Shown one piece after another: positions 47,221 to 53,914 of a stretch of DNA of 64,000 bases (position 1 is its first letter; each line of letters begins with the position of its first letter). This DNA comes from a virus, in the IMG/VR virus record IMGVR_UViG_3300022074_000006, positions 32,001 to 96,000 of that record, one strand, 5' to 3'. The translations under genes and the position numbers were made by a program. Below the pieces are notes generated by a model. That model ran no database searches and was not told the DNA's origin. It saw only the letters and a list, made by a program, of their open reading frames with translations.

Positions 47221-49095
47221 ATGTCATTTACACTTAATCAGTTGACGGAAGGAATTCAGAAGAGACATCTGGGTTCTCAGAACCGTCTTCTCGTCGAAAA
47301 GTGGACTCGCACAGGTCTTCTCCGAGGAATGGAGAATACCAACCGCGAGAACATGGCTCGACTTTTGGAAAACCAGGCTTCACAGCTTCTCAAAGAGGCT
47401 TCTGATCTTGGTGGATCTACAACAGGCGGCGACATCCGCGGTTTTAGCAACATTGCTTTCCCGATCGTTCGACGCGTATTCGGTTCATTGATTGCCAATG
47501 AGCTTGTTTCAATCCAGCCGATGAGCCTTCCTTCTGGTCTGCTCTTCTACTTGGATTACACGTACGGAACTGCAGTTGGTGCAGGTAACGACGCTTCCCG
47601 CGGCACTGAGGCTTACTCAGTAGGCGATTCAATCTACAACAACCCAGTTGGTCGTGGCGTAAGATCTGGCTCATTGAGCGCAGGTGGACAGTATGACCTT
47701 GCAGGAACTGGTTACAGCCGGGCACGCCACACGGCAAACCTTACTGAGGTTCCAACAGAGAACCTCGCGTTCAGATTCGCAGGTGCAGCAGCAGCTACCG
47801 CAGGTACTGGTTTGCATGCAACTGGAACTGACGGAAAGCTTTTGCAGTTTGATCCTCAGATCACACGACAGATCGAAGAGGGAGCGGTAAACTATCAGTT
47901 CCTTGCAGTTCCTCTTGCAACAATCGAAGACAACAACGCTCCTACAGTTGATAGAGCATCAGTTAGAGAAATTGCACTTGTTGACGACGACACTGCCGGC
48001 GACATCGCAACCCTCGCATTGATCCCGGGTTCAATCCAGTCAGGTCGATGCTTCAATGTTCGTCGTCTTAACCAGTTGGTTTCAATCACTGACGACGGCG
48101 GAAGAGTTACTGGTGTTACTGTTGACCCACTGGGTGGCGATCACGTACTCATGGTTGTTCGAGGAACACTTAATAATGTTGACGATCAATTGCTAGCAGT
48201 CAGCTACGTTGTTGATCCTTCACTTAGCGCAGGAGCCGACGGTTCAACCCTCGTTTCACCTGCTTTCGAGTCAGCTTTCAGCTCTAACGAGCCAGGTGCT
48301 GCTCCAGCTATTCCTGAGATCGACATCAAGATTGAGTCAATCGCAGTTACAGCTGTTACTCGTAAGTTGAAGGCTCGTTGGTCACCAGAGCTTGCTCAGG
48401 ATCTTAACGCATACCACAGCCTTGACGCTGAGGTTGAGTTGACCCAGATCCTCTCTGAGCAGGTTGCTCTTGAGATCGACAGAGAGATCCTTGGAGACCT
48501 TCTCCACGGTGCTAACGCTGCTAACCTCTACTGGTCACGTGCTCCTGGTAAGTTTGTGAACAAGCAGAGCGGTGCGGTTGTTACTCTTGACAGCTCACTG
48601 AACCCAGGACCTCAGTTCACGGGTACAGTACGTGAATGGTACGAGACACTCGTTGAGACAATCATCGACGTTGCAAACCAGATCCACAGAAAGACACTTC
48701 GCGGTTCAGCTAACTTCATCGTTGTTAGCCCAGACATCGCGACCCTCCTCGAGGCTTCAGTCTTCTACCGACCACAACTTTCAATCGATGGTGACGGACA
48801 GGTTGGATCACCAATGACAATCGGTGCTGAGAAGGTTGGTACCCTTTCAAATCGTTTCACGGTTTACAAGGACCCTTACTTCCCACGCAACAAGATTCTT
48901 GTTGGATTCAAGGGCGGAAGCTACTTGGAGTCTGGATACGTCTACGCTCCATACGTACCATTGATCGTTACACCTACGATCTTCGCGCCAGAGGATTTCA
49001 CCCCACGTAAGGGTGTTATGACTCGTTACGGCAAGAAGATGGTTCGAAGTGACTTCTTCGGTACTGTTACCGTTATGGACTTGGACATTATCTAA
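47221..49095 (+). CDS. Major capsid protein (T4 gp23-like, HK97 fold)
   Basis: AFPIVRRVF, VSIQPMSLPSGLLFYLDY, RKLKARWSPELAQDLNAYH, EVELTQILSEQVALEIDRE, GYVYAPYVPL, KGVMTRYG. AAGGAG RBS. Confidence 0.97.
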   Translation: MSFTLNQLTEGIQKRHLGSQNRLLVEKWTRTGLLRGMENTNRENMARLLENQASQLLKEASDLGGSTTGGDIRGFSNIAFPIVRRVFGSLIANELVSIQPMSLPSGLLFYLDYTYGTAVGAGNDASRGTEAYSVGDSIYNNPVGRGVRSGSLSAGGQYDLAGTGYSRARHTANLTEVPTENLAFRFAGAAAATAGTGLHATGTDGKLLQFDPQITRQIEEGAVNYQFLAVPLATIEDNNAPTVDRASVREIALVDDDTAGDIATLALIPGSIQSGRCFNVRRLNQLVSITDDGGRVTGVTVDPLGGDHVLMVVRGTLNNVDDQLLAVSYVVDPSLSAGADGSTLVSPAFESAFSSNEPGAAPAIPEIDIKIESIAVTAVTRKLKARWSPELAQDLNAYHSLDAEVELTQILSEQVALEIDREILGDLLHGANAANLYWSRAPGKFVNKQSGAVVTLDSSLNPGPQFTGTVREWYETLVETIIDVANQIHRKTLRGSANFIVVSPDIATLLEASVFYRPQLSIDGDGQVGSPMTIGAEKVGTLSNRFTVYKDPYFPRNKILVGFKGGSYLESGYVYAPYVPLIVTPTIFAPEDFTPRKGVMTRYGKKMVRSDFFGTVTVMDLDII

Positions 49096-49122
49096 GTTCA
49101 AAGATCTTAAAGATCAAAATTT

Positions 49123-49151
49123 GGGGCAGCTTCGGCTGCCCCTTTTTTTTT
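49123..49151 (+). terminator. Rho-independent terminator after the capsid gene
   Basis: GGGGCAGC-TTCG-GCTGCCCC stem with a cUUCGg loop followed by T9. Confidence 0.95.
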
Positions 49152-49171
49152 ATATTTGTTCTTTTGCGTTA

Positions 49172-49178
49172 ATATTTA
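49172..49178 (+). promoter_or_regulatory. Putative late promoter motif ATATTTA
   Basis: Just downstream of the terminator, upstream of AGGAGG and the ATG at 49196. Confidence 0.6.
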
Positions 49179-49195
49179 AAGACCAGGAGGTTAAC

Positions 49196-50134
49196 ATGGA
49201 CTTATTTGAGGCTTTTGGCCTGGAGAGAAAAGTAAAAAAACTAGATGAAGCTCAGGCTAGAGAGCTCATAAATCTGATTGCTGAAAAGGCAAAGCCGGAA
49301 AAAGTAGACCCAGAAAGATTTCCGCTTAAGCTGTCCGACGCAAAACAAGATCCGAATCCTGAGTCAAAAGTGACGGGCGGGACTAAAGACGGAGATCCAG
49401 ACGAAGATAAGATCGACGCGACACCGGGCACACGACCCGTCAAATCTCTTAAACCGTCTCAGAGTTCTATGAACATCAAGAAGGCGTGCAACTTCTTTAT
49501 TGCAGCTCTAAGAAATGTCAAGCCTTTTGAGCAAGGTCCAGGAGGAGACTTGGGCGCAATAATAACAAGTGACGACCACATCATGGACGGGCATCATAGG
49601 TGGATCGCCACAGGTATGGTGGACCCTACTGCGGATGTAGGCGGGTTTATAGTAGATTTTCCTGCAAAGCAAATGATTGCGGCTCTCAATATGATTACAG
49701 CCTCTTTGGGCAAGGAAGGCAAAGAAGGCACCGGAGGTTTTGATCAATTCAATGAGAATGGCGTGGGAGCTATGCTAAACAAGTTTGCTACAGAAGGGAC
49801 ATGGTCGGGAACTCAAGAAGAAGTAATTGCAGCTCTTAAAGAATTTGCTCAGACTGATTCTAGTGACAAGGACGAAGTTGTTTCAGCCGCTGCTAAGAAA
49901 GTTGCCGAAAACCTATCACAGCTCACGCTATCAGTTCCAGGGGGATTTCCGGCAAGGCCAGATATGCCAGTCATTAGTGCAAAGGAAGGCCACTTAGCTA
50001 AGGCTATAGAACTTCTTAAGAAAGGCGCTGTCGATCTCAATCCTCCTTATGCCGAAGAGAAAAACGAGTCTTCCAGCGCAGAAGGCAATGTTCTTTTGGA
50101 GCGTTGGGAACAGATCGCGGGATTAATCAAGTAA
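49196..50134 (+). CDS. ParB/sulfiredoxin N-terminal-domain-like protein
   Basis: LKPSQ...AIITSDDHIMDGHHRWIA is the ParB/Srx-type motif. AGGAGG RBS supports the ATG at 49196 (track start 49049 lies inside the capsid gene, upstream of the terminator). Confidence 0.75.
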   Translation: MDLFEAFGLERKVKKLDEAQARELINLIAEKAKPEKVDPERFPLKLSDAKQDPNPESKVTGGTKDGDPDEDKIDATPGTRPVKSLKPSQSSMNIKKACNFFIAALRNVKPFEQGPGGDLGAIITSDDHIMDGHHRWIATGMVDPTADVGGFIVDFPAKQMIAALNMITASLGKEGKEGTGGFDQFNENGVGAMLNKFATEGTWSGTQEEVIAALKEFAQTDSSDKDEVVSAAAKKVAENLSQLTLSVPGGFPARPDMPVISAKEGHLAKAIELLKKGAVDLNPPYAEEKNESSSAEGNVLLERWEQIAGLIK

Positions 50135-50148
50135 TACTTTCTCACCTA

Positions 50149-50231
50149 TAGGATTTGCATCTGTGATCATTGTTTTACAGATATGAATGGTAACTTAAAA
50201 AAGCACCCCTAATATCACCGATGCAAATTCT
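50149..50231 (+). other. Intergenic 19-bp imperfect inverted repeat (possible structured RNA or operator)
   Basis: TAGGATTTGCATCTGTGAT (50149-50167) pairs with ATCACCGATGCAAATTCTA (50213-50231): 17 Watson-Crick pairs, 1 G.U, 1 mismatch; 45-nt loop. Confidence 0.7.
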
Positions 50232-50284
50232 ACGTTTACCTCTTAAGCTAATCAATTAAGATATAGATCTAGGAGGTAGAAGAC

Positions 50285-50620
50285 ATGGCAACTGCTACTA
50301 CACAAACATCTAAGACACGTAAAACACCCCCGGTTGGTAACACAACATCAAAAAGAAAGTCAACCAAGACAGTCACAATCAAGAAGGACGTCACTAAGAC
50401 AGCCTCGTCGTCTAGGTCAGATACAAAGACATCAAAAACAACTCCGAGATCTTCAAAGACTCTTTCTACAGAAAAATTAGAAAAGAGAGTTGATGAACTT
50501 GAAGCAACTCTCACTAATCTTATAAAAGTTTTAAACGAAGAATTTCGCTCCGAAATGCTGCAGGGTCCACGTGGTGTGTCACGTAGCCTGTCCAAAGCAG
50601 GATTGCTCAAAGATATCTAA
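50285..50620 (+). CDS. Small basic Thr/Ser/Lys-rich protein with a C-terminal coiled coil
   Basis: AGGAGG RBS; the first ~60 aa are dominated by T/S/K/R. Confidence 0.75.
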   Translation: MATATTQTSKTRKTPPVGNTTSKRKSTKTVTIKKDVTKTASSSRSDTKTSKTTPRSSKTLSTEKLEKRVDELEATLTNLIKVLNEEFRSEMLQGPRGVSRSLSKAGLLKDI

Positions 50621-50640
50621 GATCTTAGAAAATTTTCTCC

Positions 50641-50647
50641 ATATTTA
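50641..50647 (+). promoter_or_regulatory. Putative late promoter motif ATATTTA
   Basis: Intergenic; followed by an unusually long (78-nt) leader to the ATG at 50726. Confidence 0.5.
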
Positions 50648-50725
50648 ACACATAGGTCCCCACCCTCTTGATCAGCCGAACCCACCGGTGGTGTGGAAGC
50701 ATGTGGACAAAAAAGGAGAAAGATC

Positions 50726-51136
50726 ATGCCAAAAGTAATTATCAACGACGCAAAAGGCCTAGTCCAGCAGGCAGGCTCTGGCGTCGATTTCAAATCTGCC
50801 CTTCGATTGGACATTCAATCAGTAACTGCAACAGACGATGGAACCGGAACAGGCGTTATTGCAGCATCACCTTCAATGGTTGTCGTCGACGCTGACGGCG
50901 ACGCGACTCACATTGTCACCCTTCCAGCTCCTGTTGCTGGAACAATGCTGACAATCTACGTTGGAGCGACCGGCTGTGAGCTGCGGTCTTCAGCCCCAGC
51001 AACAGTCGGCATAAACGGTGTGACCGGTGCGGGCGTTGAGTTAGCGATTCCTGCACAAGGAATAGTTCAGTGCGTTTGCACTAGCGCTACTAACTGGGCA
51101 GCTCAGCTCGGTGCAACTGCAACTCCGGGTGCTTAA
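50726..51136 (+). CDS. Small Ala/Gly/Thr/Val-rich beta protein, possible capsid decoration or minor structural protein
   Basis: AAGGAG RBS supports the ATG at 50726 (MPKVIIND...). Flanked by its own promoter-like motif and terminator. Confidence 0.7.
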   Translation: MPKVIINDAKGLVQQAGSGVDFKSALRLDIQSVTATDDGTGTGVIAASPSMVVVDADGDATHIVTLPAPVAGTMLTIYVGATGCELRSSAPATVGINGVTGAGVELAIPAQGIVQCVCTSATNWAAQLGATATPGA

Positions 51137-51157
51137 TAGTAACGGTTAGTTTTCTTA

Positions 51158-51186
51158 CCCCTCCCTTCGGGGAGGGGGATTTTTCT
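51158..51186 (+). terminator. Rho-independent terminator
   Basis: CCCCTCCC-TTCG-GGGAGGGG stem with a cUUCGg loop followed by GATTTTTCT. Confidence 0.85.
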
Positions 51187-51194
51187 AAAGGATT

Positions 51195-51731
51195 GTGATG
51201 TTAAAAGAATCATTGATAAAACTAAGGTCACTTGTTGACAATTTAGAAGATAGAGATAAGTGCATCAAGCAAGATCACAATCTTTTTGCAAAATTTTTTG
51301 AAAATTTTCCTACAGCTGTGTCTATGTGGTCAATAAACGCAGAAGGCAAAGTTCTTTCCTGCAAAGGAAATGATTTTTTGAATGACCGTGCAGCTACATA
51401 TGAGAACCTCTTTGTATCAGAAGAAGTTCGAAAAAAAGTAGACAAAGCAATGTCTATAGACGGAGAAGTAGTTGAGCTTTTTCTTGAAACTGAGCAAAAG
51501 ACTTACTATGCTAAGATATTAAAAAGAATTGAAGACGAAGAACAAGTAGGAACCATGGGTATGGCATGGGACGTTTCTTCTAACATCACCTTGCTTGGGT
51601 CGCTAGTAAGAATTAAAGATCTAGTAGAGACCGGGGGTGATATTGAGGAAATAAAGAAATGGGCTCAAAACGGCATCGACGCAAGCCGAATGAGGATTCT
51701 AATTGAAAGGTTGACTGGTAATGGCGGGTGA
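51195..51731 (+). CDS. PAS-fold-like small protein
   Basis: FAKFFENFPTAVSMWSINAEGKV...YYAKILKRIEDEEQVGTMGMAWDVS follows the PAS pattern ending in G..G.A.D[IV][ST]. Confidence 0.55.
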   Translation: MMLKESLIKLRSLVDNLEDRDKCIKQDHNLFAKFFENFPTAVSMWSINAEGKVLSCKGNDFLNDRAATYENLFVSEEVRKKVDKAMSIDGEVVELFLETEQKTYYAKILKRIEDEEQVGTMGMAWDVSSNITLLGSLVRIKDLVETGGDIEEIKKWAQNGIDASRMRILIERLTGNGG

Positions 51732-52056
51732 ATCACAAAACGGATGGAACGAATATTCAAGACTAGTCCTGAAAGAGCTTGAAACCTTGGCAGAAGGAAT
51801 CGAAGGAGTCCGAACAGAAATGCAGGACATAAAGCAGGAGCTAGCACTTCAAAAAGTAAAAGAAGACAAAGTTGCTGAGCTAAGAGCTTGGAAAGAAAGA
51901 GTTGACGAAGTTGTTTCTCCCACACAGCTTAAGACATTAGTCTCAGAAGTCGATAGTCTAAGAGCGTTCAAGACAAAAGCAGTCACAGCCTTTATAGTGG
52001 TTCAGACTCTCATGGGATTTGTCATGTGGGCACAGAAATTTTTTGGCGCAGGCTGA
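51721..52056 (+). CDS. Coiled-coil protein with one C-terminal transmembrane helix (holin/XhlA-like architecture)
   Basis: Heptad-rich first ~85 aa, then hydrophobic AVTAFIVVQTLMGFVMWA. Overlaps the upstream gene by 11 nt. Confidence 0.55.
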   Translation: MAGESQNGWNEYSRLVLKELETLAEGIEGVRTEMQDIKQELALQKVKEDKVAELRAWKERVDEVVSPTQLKTLVSEVDSLRAFKTKAVTAFIVVQTLMGFVMWAQKFFGAG

Positions 52057-52067
52057 GGAAATAAAAT

Positions 52068-53240
52068 ATGACAACATTTGCACAGACACTTAGACCTACT
52101 CCATTTGGCTTGTTTGATGACGATCTAAACTTTCAGAGAGAAGCCGACTCTATGACTACGTTTGTCAAGCGAAAACTAGGGGACGATATCCTGAGCGTCG
52201 AGCTGACAAAAAAGCAAATCTGGGCATGCTTCGAAGAATCTCTGATGGAGTATAGTGCTATTATCAATGAAAATCAGGCAAAGTCTCAAATCAGCAACCT
52301 GTTAGGCATTCCGACTGGTTCACTCCTTTCAGGGTCAGAGCAAAAATTTCCTAGAGAAACAGTTGAGTTTATGCTTAGAAGAGCTGAACCTTACTCAGTC
52401 GAAGCTGGATTGGGTGGTGTGTACACCCAAATGTCAGGATCTATAGACTTACAAGTTGGACAACAAGACTATGACATCTATACGACGCTGAAAGATGAAG
52501 CAGGAAACCTCTTAGTGGATAACCCTGCCAATTCACCAAAAGGGAAACTAAAGGTCATGGAGGTGTTTCATTTCGAACCTCAAGCAGCATACAGATTCTT
52601 TGATACAAACTCTGCTCTAAATTATCTCAATAATGAGTTTTCTTTTGAATCATTTACACCCGAAACCATCTTCTATGTACTACCGGTTTTTGAAGACGTA
52701 TTGAGAGCAGGTCAGCTAAACTTAAGCTACAAGGTGAGAAGGTCAAACTATACCTACAGGATTGCAGGAACTAAATTAAGAGTCTATCCCATACCGACTT
52801 CGGACACTGCAAAAAAACTGTGGGTAAGCGTCCAGTTTCCTGCTGACCCTCTCAATCCACCAATAACAGACGAAACCATTCATGGGGTATCCAACTTATC
52901 GAACATACCTTATGGGGAGCTTCGATTCGATAGGATCAATTCTATCGGAAGACAGTGGATACGTCAGTATACACTTGCGCTTGCAAAAGAACTTTTAGGC
53001 CACATAAGATCTAAATTTTCTTCTGTGCCAATACCGGGTTCTGATCTCACACTCAACGGAACTGATCTTGTTGCACAGGGAAGAGAAGACAAGAACTCTC
53101 TTAGAGACAAGTTGAACGAGCTTTTGAGCTCACTTACTTATACCAAGATGCTTGAAGACGAAGCGTCTGCAGCTGAAAGCCTGAGAAACATCTTAAAAGG
53201 AATTCCTGTGCCTCTAGGCAAGGCAATTGTGATGGGTTAA
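52068..53240 (+). CDS. Neck/head-completion protein (T4 gp13-like)
   Basis: VELTKKQI...WIRQYTLALAKELLG..RSKF...P.PG..LTLNG resembles gp13-type neck proteins; position between head and tail genes. Confidence 0.75.
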   Translation: MTTFAQTLRPTPFGLFDDDLNFQREADSMTTFVKRKLGDDILSVELTKKQIWACFEESLMEYSAIINENQAKSQISNLLGIPTGSLLSGSEQKFPRETVEFMLRRAEPYSVEAGLGGVYTQMSGSIDLQVGQQDYDIYTTLKDEAGNLLVDNPANSPKGKLKVMEVFHFEPQAAYRFFDTNSALNYLNNEFSFESFTPETIFYVLPVFEDVLRAGQLNLSYKVRRSNYTYRIAGTKLRVYPIPTSDTAKKLWVSVQFPADPLNPPITDETIHGVSNLSNIPYGELRFDRINSIGRQWIRQYTLALAKELLGHIRSKFSSVPIPGSDLTLNGTDLVAQGREDKNSLRDKLNELLSSLTYTKMLEDEASAAESLRNILKGIPVPLGKAIVMG

Positions 53241-53245
53241 TTTAA

Positions 53246-53914
53246 GTGGCAAGATTATTTGTAACGCCTCGAGAAATAGACTTTATTTCAGACCTGACAA
53301 AAGAAATAACTAAAGACGTTCGAGGACAAAAGATTTATTACTATCGAATTAGAGAAGATCTGTCTAATGTTCACGATATCTATGAAGAAGCTGTAGAAAA
53401 AGTTTTTGATCCTCCTGTTGAGATTGAGGCAATGGTCGAGTGGGAACCTGAAATGGTTCGAACTAATCGGTTCGGTTCAGAAGAATACTATAGCATAACA
53501 GTTTACTTGCATGCTAGAGACCTGTTACACAGAGATATTAACGTTAGAGAGGGAGACTTTTTTAGTTACGGATCAACTTTCTTTGAAATTACTTCAGCTG
53601 TAGGAGACAAGCAAGTGTACGGTCAAATAGAGCATCTTGTTGGTTTTAAGATAGCAGGAAAACAAGCAAGAAAAGGATTGTTCAGCGCTAAACCAATCGG
53701 TCCAACTGGAGAAAATAAGACAGAACCGGATGCTGTTCAGAAAGATTTTGTTCAGCAGAGAGGCCTAGAAGAAAACAGGCTAGGCCCCACAGGTGACAAG
53801 AGGGATTTGATTGAGAGTGGTAAGATCGACCCGCCCGAAGCACCTGCAGAAGTTACCAACAAAGAAGAGGACAGAAATGTTTCTTCTTCTTTTTATGACG
53901 AGCCAGAATTATGA
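53246..53914 (+). CDS. Neck protein (T4 gp14-like)
   Basis: KEI.....GQKIYYY...DIYEEAVEKVF.PPVEIEAMV pattern and synteny after the gp13-like gene. Confidence 0.6.
   Translation: MARLFVTPREIDFISDLTKEITKDVRGQKIYYYRIREDLSNVHDIYEEAVEKVFDPPVEIEAMVEWEPEMVRTNRFGSEEYYSITVYLHARDLLHRDINVREGDFFSYGSTFFEITSAVGDKQVYGQIEHLVGFKIAGKQARKGLFSAKPIGPTGENKTEPDAVQKDFVQQRGLEENRLGPTGDKRDLIESGKIDPPEAPAEVTNKEEDRNVSSSFYDEPEL

Noticed and set aside
38050-49095. Introns or inteins in terminase, portal or capsid genes
   Set aside because: The ORFs are continuous, conserved motifs are in the expected order, and I saw no intein splice motifs or homing-endonuclease signatures.
49049-49195. Track start of the ParB-like ORF at 49049
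   Set aside because: It lies inside the capsid gene and would read through a strong terminator; AGGAGG plus the ATG at 49196 is much better supported.
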